This document shows, piece after piece, positions 1 through 8,734 of a stretch of DNA of 27,513 nt. The translations under genes were made by a program, and so were the position numbers. How positions within the stretch are numbered: position 1 is the first letter of the stretch; each line of letters begins with the position of its first letter. The notes under the pieces were generated by a model that was not told where the DNA came from, ran no database searches, and saw only the letters and a program-made list of their open reading frames with translations. Origin of the DNA: a virus (Duplodnaviria; Caudoviricetes); IMG/VR virus record IMGVR_UViG_3300043781_000001, positions 1 to 27,513 of that record. One strand, written 5' to 3'.

Positions 1-1
1 A

Positions 2-124
2 TTAGCAAAACGGATAGAGAAAAAGTATGGTCTGCGTGTTAACGAATGCGATAAAGACGACACCAGCAAGCCTGAGTTTGAAGACCTTCACAAGTTAGCA
101 GAAAGTATTTGGGAGAGTTTATGA
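2..124 (+). CDS. 3' end of a phage hypothetical protein (partial)
   Basis: Open frame from window edge LAKRIEKKYG...ESIWESL*, TGA 122-124 overlapping the next ATG (ATGA). Confidence 0.65.
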   Translation, partial: LAKRIEKKYGLRVNECDKDDTSKPEFEDLHKLAESIWESL

Positions 125-387
125 TGAAAATTGAAGACAAGAGGCACAAAAATTATGAAGTATGGCAGGTAGGCGATGTTGTCACTGATGATGACTGGCT
201 AGGAATGATTGTTTTAGATCAAAAAGGCCGCTATGACATTATGCCTATTTCTACGGATGAAGAGGGAGGAGAATTTGACTTTCGCAACCTGTCAGGCGTT
301 ACCGAAGAAAGCTGGGATGCAGATGAATTTTGGAAAAGCAATCCTGCTTGGCATAAAGTCAACGCAAAGTTGGTTATTGAGGACTAA
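121..387 (+). CDS. Phage hypothetical protein (acidic)
   Basis: ORF track; ATGATG start after GGAG, coupled to the upstream stop. Confidence 0.8.
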   Translation: MMKIEDKRHKNYEVWQVGDVVTDDDWLGMIVLDQKGRYDIMPISTDEEGGEFDFRNLSGVTEESWDADEFWKSNPAWHKVNAKLVIED

Positions 388-392
388 GAACT

Positions 393-851
393 ATGAAAAT
401 TATTGAGGGAGAGGCTAAAGATCTGGGCAAGCTTGAGCCAGGAACAATTATTAAAGCAGTCGATGACGATAATACGGTTGATTGTGTTTTTGTCACTGGT
501 CCTATTGATAATGGCGAACGCTTTTTGCTGGATTTAAACGATGGATCGTTGTTCGACGACTGCATTGCGTCAAGCACAAAAATTAGTGATGAGTTTTCGG
601 GCTATAAGAAAGTCACTGTCTACCACACAATGAAGCTGGTGCCAGATGATGAAACTAAATGTCCTTACTGCACCTTTGACGAAGATGGCAATGCTCAAAA
701 ATCAATCAGAGAGGTATCAGAAGAGTCAACATATTTAGCACATGACAATAAGTCGGGCAGAACTGTTATTGCATTAGTAAGTTCTACCGAGGGCACGGCT
801 TTAGAAGAAGTTATTGACTATTGTCCAAAGTGTGGAAGGAAACTGATTTGA
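393..851 (+). CDS. Phage hypothetical protein with C-terminal Zn-ribbon
   Basis: GAGG SD; CPYC...CPKC motif pair. Confidence 0.8.
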   Translation: MKIIEGEAKDLGKLEPGTIIKAVDDDNTVDCVFVTGPIDNGERFLLDLNDGSLFDDCIASSTKISDEFSGYKKVTVYHTMKLVPDDETKCPYCTFDEDGNAQKSIREVSEESTYLAHDNKSGRTVIALVSSTEGTALEEVIDYCPKCGRKLI

Positions 852-1140
852 AAACTAAAGCACCATATTTTTTCAACAAAAAATCAAGCATGAATATTAT
901 GTTGCAGTAGCTGAAGGGAGCAAGTCGTTTGAAATTAGAAAAGACGACGATCAAGAACATCACTTTCGAGTTGGCGATTTTATTGTATTAAAAGAAATCG
1001 GTGATGTTGCAGGGCGTGAAACTGGCAACTGGCTGTTGGCCAAGATAATTTACATAACAGACTATGCACAGAGAGCCGATTATAAAGTGCTAGGCATACG
1101 AGTAAAACTCAACATCATGGCTTCACTAAGGCAAGATTAA
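848..1140 (+). pseudogene. DUF3850/ASCH-like protein, frame-broken near its 5' end
   Basis: Frame 1 reads KIKHEYYVAVAEGSKSFEIRKDD...FRVGDFIVLKE...IIYITDYAQ..VLGI (DUF3850-like) but has no start. The SD GGAAGGA + TTG848 is in frame 2 and stops at 910. T6 (868-873) and A6 (878-883) runs lie at the junction. Confidence 0.75.
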
Positions 1141-1156
1141 TGAGAGGAGCAAAAAA

Positions 1157-1642
1157 ATGGTTCAGATTAGAGCAGAAAAAGATTTTGAACTGGGACCAGG
1201 CATGATTATAGACATGTATTTCGAACATCATGAACATCACTGGCTGATTGTTGAAGATATTGAGTCAAAATCATATGGCATGGTTAATGCAGAAAGTGAC
1301 TGGCATGTTGCCTATAGCTGGTATCGGAGCAGGAAGCTGACACTTAATAATGTGCTTGCTTTAGACTGGCTTAAAGAGCCAGGCATTAAAGCAGTGTATG
1401 TTTGGAAGCTTGCATTTCGAAATCGCCATTTAGTAGGCGAAGAAGAGCTTTTTCACTGGCAACAGCCTTCATCTAAATTTATTCAAAGCACAGCGGATAT
1501 CTTAAACAATGCGGCTGATGATATATCAAATGAGTCGTATTCTGAGGCACACGCTAAAATTAACTGGGCAATTGGTCGATTAGAAGGACAGAGTAAAAGC
1601 CTTGAAAAAATAATTGATGAAGATACGTGTGAGGCAGAATGA
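1157..1642 (+). CDS. Phage hypothetical protein
   Basis: Strong SD GAGGAG, 161-aa ORF. Confidence 0.85.
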   Translation: MVQIRAEKDFELGPGMIIDMYFEHHEHHWLIVEDIESKSYGMVNAESDWHVAYSWYRSRKLTLNNVLALDWLKEPGIKAVYVWKLAFRNRHLVGEEELFHWQQPSSKFIQSTADILNNAADDISNESYSEAHAKINWAIGRLEGQSKSLEKIIDEDTCEAE

Positions 1643-2067
1643 GGTTTAGTTTTAATGTAGAGCCAATGAGCCAGTCACGCCCACGTTTTGCGCACAAAGG
1701 CAAATTTGTTGTGGCGTATGACCAGAAGAAAGTTAAGGACTATAAGCGGCAGATTGGATTAATTGCCACTGCTAGAATGCAAGATCTGGGTTTAGAGCCG
1801 CTAGACGGCCCAATCATGGTTCTGCTGACGTTTTACCGCCCAATTCAGAAATCACTTAGCAAGGTTGAACATGTGCGCAGACAGTCAGGCAAGAAGCTGC
1901 CAGTGGTTAAGGCGGATATAGACAACTATATCAAGGCTGTTCTTGACGCTTGCAATTCGATTGTCTGGAAAGACGACAACTCAATCACAGATATTTCAGC
2001 CAAAAAGCGTTACTCGACCAACCCGAGAATTGAAATGGAAGTTCTGCAATTAGCCCAGCAAAAATAA
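1639..2067 (+). CDS. rusA: RusA-family Holliday junction resolvase
   Basis: Q-RPRF N-terminus, KADIDNYIKAVLDA and WKDD catalytic motifs. Confidence 0.93.
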   Translation: MRFSFNVEPMSQSRPRFAHKGKFVVAYDQKKVKDYKRQIGLIATARMQDLGLEPLDGPIMVLLTFYRPIQKSLSKVEHVRRQSGKKLPVVKADIDNYIKAVLDACNSIVWKDDNSITDISAKKRYSTNPRIEMEVLQLAQQK

Positions 2068-2282
2068 ATTGCCTAAAAACATTGCTCCAGCGGAATTTGA
2101 CTAGGAATTTCAAGCGCTTTCAGATAGCATTTAGTTAGAGGCAAGAACTCCTTATTTATTTTTTTAAGACTTTTCTGTCAGATAAACCATGAATAACCCT
2201 TTTACCAATTTGGGTAGTTAATCGTTGAATAGCTTCTTCATTCATTGAGCCTCTAGGTCGCCACTACCTTTAAAGCGGCATT

Positions 2283-2354
2283 AGGAACATAGTTTAATTG
2301 GAAGAACGGCGGTCTCCAGAACCGTTGATGCAGGTTCAAGTCCTGCTGTTCCTG
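2283..2354 (+). tRNA. trnW: tRNA-Trp (anticodon CCA); 3' CCA not encoded
   Basis: Acceptor AGGAACA/TGTTCCT+G, D arm GTTT/GAAC, anticodon arm GCGGT-CTCCAGA-ACCGT, T arm GCAGG-TTCAAGT-CCTGC. Confidence 0.92.
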
Positions 2355-2488
2355 TAGCCTTGCGATGATCTTAACGCTAGCGACCAGTGCGAAGAGTTCT
2401 GGAAGCAAGAGCAATTACATAGATGTCTAGGCGGCTCAGGTTTTGAGTGTGGGAGCGAGGCATGAAAGATTTTTAACAGTTTTTCTTT

Positions 2489-2514
2489 AGGTGGCGTCAT
2501 CGCCGCCTTTTTTA
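2489..2514 (+). terminator. Intrinsic terminator closing the tRNA island
   Basis: AGGTGGCG-TCAT-CGCCGCCT followed by a T run. Confidence 0.75.
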
Positions 2515-2540
2515 ATCTGGGGCCAAAGGAGTTGCTGAGT

Positions 2541-2999
2541 GTGAGCTTGCTTTTCAAAGAGTTAGATGCATACGGAACAATTAGCCAAGTAGCTGACTTG
2601 CTGGGTGATGACTTAGAGCGGCTCCTTTTGCAAACAGGCAGAAGGCTAACCGATCTGAAGTCGCCGCAATTGAGCGGCATGCCTAGTGGTTCGCACAATA
2701 ATCACACTGAGATGATGGTTATTAATGGCTTGAATGCTGAAGCCGAGGTTCGGGCTATTCATGCAACTATTCAGCATTTACCAGAAACGAGTAAGCAAGT
2801 TTTGGTTGGCATGTTTGTCGATCATCACCAATGGTTTCAGGTCAGCAACAAACTTTTCCAAAGCAAATCAACCCTATATCGTAGGCGCAGACAAGCAATG
2901 TTAGAGTTCGCCGACGCTTTTGATTATTGGCAGCGGGTATATCACTGTGAACCCATTCGAGACTTGCACAAGTACAAAAAACAAAGGAACGAAGCATGA
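2541..2999 (+). CDS. arpU: ArpU-family phage late transcriptional activator
   Basis: LKSPQLSGMP motif, C-terminal HTH (WFQVSNKLFQSKSTLYRRRRQAMLEFADAF), position before the packaging genes. GTG2541 start inferred from SD AAGGAG. Confidence 0.88.
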   Translation: MSLLFKELDAYGTISQVADLLGDDLERLLLQTGRRLTDLKSPQLSGMPSGSHNNHTEMMVINGLNAEAEVRAIHATIQHLPETSKQVLVGMFVDHHQWFQVSNKLFQSKSTLYRRRRQAMLEFADAFDYWQRVYHCEPIRDLHKYKKQRNEA

Positions 3000-3118
3000 A
3001 GATTAAAGGGATACTGCTATATGCACTTTTAGCTTTTGCTTATGGGATTTCGGTCATGGCAAAAGGCTGCATTTATTTTGTTAGAGCGACTCGGTACTTG
3101 TTTAGAAGATTTTTTTAG
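2996..3118 (+). CDS. 40-aa hydrophobic membrane peptide (not in ORF track)
   Basis: MKIKGILLYALLAFAYGISVMAKGCIYFVRATRYLFRRFF*; ATGA overlap with the arpU stop; SD AAAGGA. Confidence 0.55.
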   Translation: MKIKGILLYALLAFAYGISVMAKGCIYFVRATRYLFRRFF

Positions 3119-3131
3119 CTGTGGGAAAATA

Positions 3132-3177
3132 GTGACACAAACATGGAACCCTGGTGACACTGGTTGCATGCTATGTT
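3132..3177 (+). promoter_or_regulatory. Putative activator-dependent late promoter
   Basis: GTGACAC at 3132 and 3154 with degenerate ATGGAAC at 3143 (11-bp phasing), then extended -10 TG-C-TATGTT at 3169-3177 with no canonical -35. Confidence 0.65.
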
Positions 3178-3231
3178 AGTAGTGTCAAAAATGTTAGAGA
3201 TTATAGTTAATATTCGCAAATTACTCGGAAG

Positions 3232-3259
3232 AGGCGCTCACAGGACAAGCGCCTTTTTT
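3232..3259 (+). terminator. Terminator-like hairpin in the late leader
   Basis: AGGCGCT...AGCGCCT + T run. Confidence 0.6.
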
Positions 3260-3281
3260 GATGCTTAAAAAAGGCGATTGC

Positions 3282-4466
3282 ATGCAAATTAAAGATACTC
3301 CGATTGACCAGATCAAGCCGTATGCTAACAATCCACGGGACAACGATGATGCGGTTGATGCCACTGCCAATTCAATTAAGAAGTTTGGCTGGCAGCAGCC
3401 TATTGTTGTTGACACTGGGGGAGTAATTATTGTCGGTCATACGCGGTACAAAGCCGCTAAAAAGCTAGGACTGAAAACAATACCCGTGCTGGTAGCCGAC
3501 AAACTGACGCCAGAGCAAGTGAAAGCATATCGGCTGGCTGACAACAAAACAGGTGAGTTAGCCGACTGGGATGACGATTTGCTACAAAGTGAATTAGATG
3601 GATTAGTTGACATTGATATGTCGGATTTTGGTTTTGACCCAGATATTACGGTTCAAACCGAAACAGTGGACGACGATTTTGACGAACCACTTCCAGAGAA
3701 ACCTAAATCAAAAATCGGTCAAATTTACCAATTAGGTAGGCATCGCCTGATGTGTGGCGACAGTACTGATGGTGGTGCAGTTGCAAAGCTGATGAATGGT
3801 CAAAAGGCAGATCTGCTATTAACCGATCCTCCGTATAATGTGGATTATGGTGGAAAGTCTATGGCAGATAAAAAACGCTCTAAGACCAGAAAAGGCGAAA
3901 CCATAAAAAATGATTATCAAGATGACAAACAGTTTTTAGAATTTTTGACTGTGGCTTTATCCAATGCGTTTAATTTTATGAAGTCTGGTGCTTGCTTCTA
4001 CATTTGGTATGCACAATCACAGAGTATTGCTTTTTATGAGGCGTGCCGCAAGTCAAAGCTGAGTGTTCGCCAGCAATTGATTTGGGACAAAAATTCAATG
4101 GTTGTTGGACGGCAGGATTATCAGTGGAAACATGAACCATGCCTATACGGCTGGGCAGAGGGCAGCAGTCATTCTTGGTGTTCAGACAGAAAGCAAACTA
4201 CGGTCTTGAATTTTGACCGACCTGCTCATTCTGATTTGCACCCCACCATGAAGCCAATACCTTTATTTGACTATCAGATTAAAAATAGTACAAAATCTGG
4301 TGATATTGTTCTCGATTTGTTTGGCGGAAGTGGGACGACCATCATGGCTTGTGAACAAGATGGGCACAATGCTTATGTAATGGAATATGATCCCAAGTAT
4401 GTTGACGTTATTATTGATCGCTGGGAACAATTTACTGGCAAAAAAGCTAAATTGATTGAAGGTTAG
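3282..4466 (+). CDS. ParB-like N-terminal domain fused to N6/N4 DNA methyltransferase (beta order)
   Basis: PYANNPR..SIKKFGWQQPIVVD..GHTR..RLADNK (ParB); DPPY catalytic motif, HPTMKP, DLFGGSGTT SAM-binding motif. Confidence 0.93.
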   Translation: MQIKDTPIDQIKPYANNPRDNDDAVDATANSIKKFGWQQPIVVDTGGVIIVGHTRYKAAKKLGLKTIPVLVADKLTPEQVKAYRLADNKTGELADWDDDLLQSELDGLVDIDMSDFGFDPDITVQTETVDDDFDEPLPEKPKSKIGQIYQLGRHRLMCGDSTDGGAVAKLMNGQKADLLLTDPPYNVDYGGKSMADKKRSKTRKGETIKNDYQDDKQFLEFLTVALSNAFNFMKSGACFYIWYAQSQSIAFYEACRKSKLSVRQQLIWDKNSMVVGRQDYQWKHEPCLYGWAEGSSHSWCSDRKQTTVLNFDRPAHSDLHPTMKPIPLFDYQIKNSTKSGDIVLDLFGGSGTTIMACEQDGHNAYVMEYDPKYVDVIIDRWEQFTGKKAKLIEG

Positions 4467-4488
4467 TTACCGCTAGCCTTTTTGTTTT
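4461..4488 (+). terminator. Weak intrinsic terminator after the MTase
   Basis: GGTTAG-TTACCG-CTAGCC + TTTTTGTTTT. Confidence 0.5.
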
Positions 4489-4515
4489 GCTCGAAACGAG
4501 GTGACGTTAGTTGGC

Positions 4516-5013
4516 ATGGCAAATCCACGATATAGAAGGTGGTTAGAAAACGACAATCTGATTTTAATTCAGGGCTGGAAAAGAAACGGTTTAACTGATG
4601 AACAGATTGCACACAACATGGGCGTCAATCCTCGGACTTTAGAACGATGGAAAAAAGACCATAGCCAGATTTGTCGGGCACTAAAAATAGGTCGTGAGCA
4701 AGCTAATTTCATTGTTGAGAGTGAACTGTTTAAGAAGGCAGTTAAGGGCAATACCACTGCTATGATTTTCTTTCTGAAGAACAATTGGCGAGACAAGTAC
4801 AACGACAGCCAGCTTTCGCCAGAAGAAAGAGAGCAGGCTAAAGCACGAACTAGAAAGCTGCTGGCTGACGCACGTATTTCTGAAGCCAAGGCAAAGATTG
4901 TTGAGCGATTAGACCAAGAGGATAACGAACAGTTAGATGCTATTTTGGATAAGTTAGTTAAGGAGGCAGAAGCTGATGGCACTAAGCGATCTGATGACAC
5001 CGAAGCAGATTAA
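4516..5013 (+). CDS. terS: Terminase small subunit (HTH)
   Basis: GLTDEQIAHNMGV..TLERWKK HTH, TAMIFFLKN motif, directly upstream of terL; start could be 4501-4516. Confidence 0.88.
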   Translation: MANPRYRRWLENDNLILIQGWKRNGLTDEQIAHNMGVNPRTLERWKKDHSQICRALKIGREQANFIVESELFKKAVKGNTTAMIFFLKNNWRDKYNDSQLSPEEREQAKARTRKLLADARISEAKAKIVERLDQEDNEQLDAILDKLVKEAEADGTKRSDDTEAD

Positions 5014-6205
5014 AGTGCTGCAGTCCTACCTGAACGATGACTGGAAGTATCTAATCTTAAGTGGCGCTGTTCGGTCAGGCAAAACCTATATCGACAACTA
5101 CTTGTTCTTGCTCGAACTGAAGCGGGTATCAAATCAGGCACAACAGCGAAGCGACCCACACCCGCAGTACATACTTGCTGGCTTTAGTTCAAACTCAATC
5201 TACAACAACGTTATCAAAGAGCTAGACACGCAGTTTGGTATTGTGATGAAGCCAGACAGGCATGGGCACTACCATCTTTTCGGCGTAGATATTGTCCTAG
5301 CCTACACTGGTTCAATCAGAGGACTGGGCGGCATTCGTGGTATGACCAGCTACGGAGCATATGTAAACGAAGCTTCACTAGCAACGCATGACGTGTTTCA
5401 AGAAATTGTCCAGCGTTGTTCAGTAGATGGTGCCAGAGTTATCTGCGACACAAACCCAGACCAACCCCAGCACTGGCTTAAGGTTGATTATATTGATAAC
5501 AAGAAACCAGAAGCACGGATTAAGAGCTTTCACTTCACGATTGACGACAACACATTTCTATCGCAGGACTATGTCAAATCGTTGAAAGCAGCCACACCCA
5601 GCGGAATGTTTTACGAACGTTCAATCCTTGGCTTGTGGGTCACTGGTGACGGCATTGTTTACCAAGACTTTGACAAGAGCAGAATGATGATCAGCCCGAG
5701 TAAGATACCAGCCGACTTGCATTATTATGTGGGGGTTGACTGGGGCTTTGAACACAAGAACTCGATCACAGTTTGGGGCGATGACGATGCAGGCAACACG
5801 TACTTGCTAGAAGAGTACACAGGCAAGCATGAGTACATAGACCATTGGATAGAAGTGGCAAAAGCCATTCAATCCAAGTACGGACACAGCATTAACTTCT
5901 GGTGCGACAGTGCCAGACCTGAACACGTTTCAGCATTTCAGAAAGCTGGCATTAGAGCAAGGAACGCAAACAAGGCAGTTTTAGCTGGGATAGAAAAGAC
6001 GGCGCAGTTAATGACGACTGGTCGTTTTTTTGTTGCCAAAAACCGCACGATGGATTTCTTGAATGAAATTTACCAGTACGTCTGGGACGAAGACACCGGC
6101 GAACCAGTCAAGGAACATGATGACGTTATGGACTCGATGCGGTACGCAATTTACAGCCAGCACACGCTTAAGTCAGCCAAGATCATCAAGAACACTCTGA
6201 TATAG
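4976..6205 (+). CDS. terL: Terminase large subunit, PBSX family
   Basis: Walker A GAVRSGKT, IRGMT, YVNEA Walker B, DTNPD, nuclease GVDWG and DDVMDSMRYA. Confidence 0.96.
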   Translation: MALSDLMTPKQIKVLQSYLNDDWKYLILSGAVRSGKTYIDNYLFLLELKRVSNQAQQRSDPHPQYILAGFSSNSIYNNVIKELDTQFGIVMKPDRHGHYHLFGVDIVLAYTGSIRGLGGIRGMTSYGAYVNEASLATHDVFQEIVQRCSVDGARVICDTNPDQPQHWLKVDYIDNKKPEARIKSFHFTIDDNTFLSQDYVKSLKAATPSGMFYERSILGLWVTGDGIVYQDFDKSRMMISPSKIPADLHYYVGVDWGFEHKNSITVWGDDDAGNTYLLEEYTGKHEYIDHWIEVAKAIQSKYGHSINFWCDSARPEHVSAFQKAGIRARNANKAVLAGIEKTAQLMTTGRFFVAKNRTMDFLNEIYQYVWDEDTGEPVKEHDDVMDSMRYAIYSQHTLKSAKIIKNTLI

Positions 6206-6217
6206 AGGTGATAGTAA

Positions 6218-7675
6218 TTGAAAACACTAAATAATGAGAACTGCAAGGTCACTAGAAACCATATGTTCATCTTTCCGAAAGGGTTAGAGATGAACGCTAG
6301 CGAACTGCAAAGTTTTATCACATACAACGCAACAGACATGCAGAGAGTATATCGGCGCAACATGAACCTTTATCTGGGCAAACACCCAATTTTAAGAGCA
6401 CCAGACAAGGAAACATCGCCGAACAACAAGCTAGTCGTTAACATGCCAAAATATCTGGTGGACACCTACAATGGTTTCTTCGCTGGCGTGCCGCCAAAGG
6501 TTGGCCTAGACAATGCTGCCGACAACGACACGCTACAGCAATGGAACGCAGCCGAAAGCATAGGCGATAAGTTAAACGAAATTTCAAAGCAAGCGGACAT
6601 CTACGGGCGGTCACTTGCCTTTGTATATCAAGGCGAAGATAGTTTGCCGCACTTGGCATACTCAACGCCAAGCCATGCATTCATCGTTTATGACGACACA
6701 GTAGCACGCAAGCCGTTAGCATTTGTGCGTTACTCAATTCCGTATAAATCGGGATATCCGAATGCTTACGGAACCATTCAGTACGCAGACAAGTTTTACT
6801 CATTCAATGGCAGTACTATTTCAGTAGATACCGAGCAAAACGAGTACGGTACCAATCCGTATGGTGTGGTGCCAGCAGTCGAGTTCTACGAGAACGAGGA
6901 GCGGCAAGGCATATTCGATAGCGTTGTCACTTTAATCGATGCGTTGGACAAGGCAGAGAGCCAGAAAGCAAACCAGGTTGAGTATTTTGACAATGCTTAT
7001 TTGAAGGCAATCGGCGTGCAATTTCCAGAGGATAAAGAAGGCAATCCGCAAATTGACTTGAAGCACAACCGCCTGATCTATGTGCCAAACGTTGACCCTA
7101 ATTCTAAGAGCCCCGACATTGACTTCATCAGCAAGCCAGACGCAGACAACCTGCAAGAGAACTTAATCAACCGTATAACGGAACAGATTTATCAAATCTC
7201 GATGATACCGAATATCAGCGACAAAGAGTTCAGCGGCAACTCATCAGGTGTGGCGCTGCAGTACAAATTGCTCGGCATGGTAACCAAAGCGTCAAGCAAA
7301 GAAAGCAAGTTCAAGATTGCGCTGCGTCAGCTATACCGGATTATTTTCAAAGTATTGATGCCAGAAAGCAGCAAAGACAGTTGGCAAGATTTGAATTTCC
7401 ACTTCACTCGGAACCTGCCATCCAACGTAGCTGATGAAATTAATTCAGCTAAGAATGCTGAGGGCATGGTATCGAAGCAAACACAATTGTCGTTGCTGTC
7501 CTTTGTCACTGACCCGCAAGCCGAACTTGAGCGCATGAGCAAAGAAAAAGCCGATGCTGTCAAACAGGCGCAAGAAAACATGGGCGACTTGCCTGACTAT
7601 ATGAAAGTAAAGCCAGAGCAAGAGCCAAATGACGCTAGCGAGGACGATACCGATGGCGAAGAAGAAACTAAGTAG
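6218..7675 (+). CDS. Portal protein, SPP1 gp6 family
   Basis: NKLVVNMPKYLVD, FSGNSSGVALQYKL, FTRNLP, SKQTQLSLL motifs; follows terL. Confidence 0.95.
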   Translation: MKTLNNENCKVTRNHMFIFPKGLEMNASELQSFITYNATDMQRVYRRNMNLYLGKHPILRAPDKETSPNNKLVVNMPKYLVDTYNGFFAGVPPKVGLDNAADNDTLQQWNAAESIGDKLNEISKQADIYGRSLAFVYQGEDSLPHLAYSTPSHAFIVYDDTVARKPLAFVRYSIPYKSGYPNAYGTIQYADKFYSFNGSTISVDTEQNEYGTNPYGVVPAVEFYENEERQGIFDSVVTLIDALDKAESQKANQVEYFDNAYLKAIGVQFPEDKEGNPQIDLKHNRLIYVPNVDPNSKSPDIDFISKPDADNLQENLINRITEQIYQISMIPNISDKEFSGNSSGVALQYKLLGMVTKASSKESKFKIALRQLYRIIFKVLMPESSKDSWQDLNFHFTRNLPSNVADEINSAKNAEGMVSKQTQLSLLSFVTDPQAELERMSKEKADAVKQAQENMGDLPDYMKVKPEQEPNDASEDDTDGEEETK

Positions 7676-8660
7676 CTACTGGCAAGACCGTGATAAAGCT
7701 GAGCGTGATTGGATTAAGGACAACCTAGCTAAGGACGACCAGTTCAACAAAGTTCTTGATCGTTCATACCAAGTAGCGGTTGACAACATCAACAAGCAGA
7801 TTGAGCATGAGATCAGCCGCATTGGTGGAGTTGGCAGTGTTGTTCAGCCAGATCAAATGGCAGAGTATGAGCGGCTAGCTTCGCAGGTTGTTCAGAAGGC
7901 AAACGAGATGCGAGCCGCTGGGCACAAGGTTAGCTACTCAGACTTCAGCAAGAGCATTAATGACCGCATGGCTGCATACAACGCAACGATGCGGATTAAT
8001 CAGCTGGAGCTAATGAAGTCAGAAGTGGGCACACAGCTAGTTGACCTGGGTATGACCGTAGAAGCTACAATTGGAGATCACACAGATAGCGAGTATCAGA
8101 AAGAGCGCAAGCGACAAGCAGGCATTTTAGACGTCACAACCAAAAATGGTGAGCGCTGGGTATCTCGTAAGACAATCAACCGAGCAACCGCCAGCGTTAA
8201 TTCTGGAGCCTTCAGCAAGAATGTGTGGGCTAACGTGGACACGCTGAAAGCCAATCTTGATGGTCTACTTTCAACTGCCTTAATTCGTGGCGACAACCCA
8301 CGAGAGATGATTAAGTATCTACGACCGCTGGTTAAAAGCACGGTGATGAACCAAAGCTATGCAGCTGAAAGGATTGCCAGAACTGAAACGGCTAGGGTAC
8401 AACACCAAGCACAGCTAGACGCAATCATTAATGCGGATTACAAGTACGTTAAATGGTACGCAGAGCCGAGTGCCTGCCGCATCTGCCGTGGCATTGAAGA
8501 AAGCTCAGGCTCAGCCAGCCTACCAGACGGGGTATATGCAGTTGATGAAGTGCCAGATGTGCCAGTTCATCCTAACTGCCGTTGCAGCATTGGCGCATAC
8601 TGGGTTGATGGTCGCAACAATTCGCTCGGTGATGCAGGCTCAAATGACGCAGCGCTTTAA
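7653..8660 (+). CDS. Minor head protein, SPP1 gp7/Mu gpF family
   Basis: SYWQDR N-terminus, AERIARTETAR, ACRIC, PVHPNCRCS. Confidence 0.93.
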   Translation: MAKKKLSSYWQDRDKAERDWIKDNLAKDDQFNKVLDRSYQVAVDNINKQIEHEISRIGGVGSVVQPDQMAEYERLASQVVQKANEMRAAGHKVSYSDFSKSINDRMAAYNATMRINQLELMKSEVGTQLVDLGMTVEATIGDHTDSEYQKERKRQAGILDVTTKNGERWVSRKTINRATASVNSGAFSKNVWANVDTLKANLDGLLSTALIRGDNPREMIKYLRPLVKSTVMNQSYAAERIARTETARVQHQAQLDAIINADYKYVKWYAEPSACRICRGIEESSGSASLPDGVYAVDEVPDVPVHPNCRCSIGAYWVDGRNNSLGDAGSNDAAL

Positions 8661-8699
8661 AATAAAAATTTAGTTAATTAAAAAGCAAATCACTGAAAT

Positions 8700-8734
8700 A
8701 AGAGAAACGTTGATATATTAGCGCTTCTCTTTTT
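8700..8734 (+). terminator. Intrinsic terminator after the minor head gene
   Basis: AAGAGAAACGTTGA-TATA-TTAGCGCTTCTCTT stem + T run. Confidence 0.7.

Noticed and set aside
2357-2461. Second tRNA gene
   Set aside because: No T-loop (TTC) arm or anticodon arm could be folded
2068-2531. GOLLD or ROOL large ncRNA next to the phage tRNA
   Set aside because: The free space on either side of the tRNA is only about 200 nt, far shorter than these RNAs
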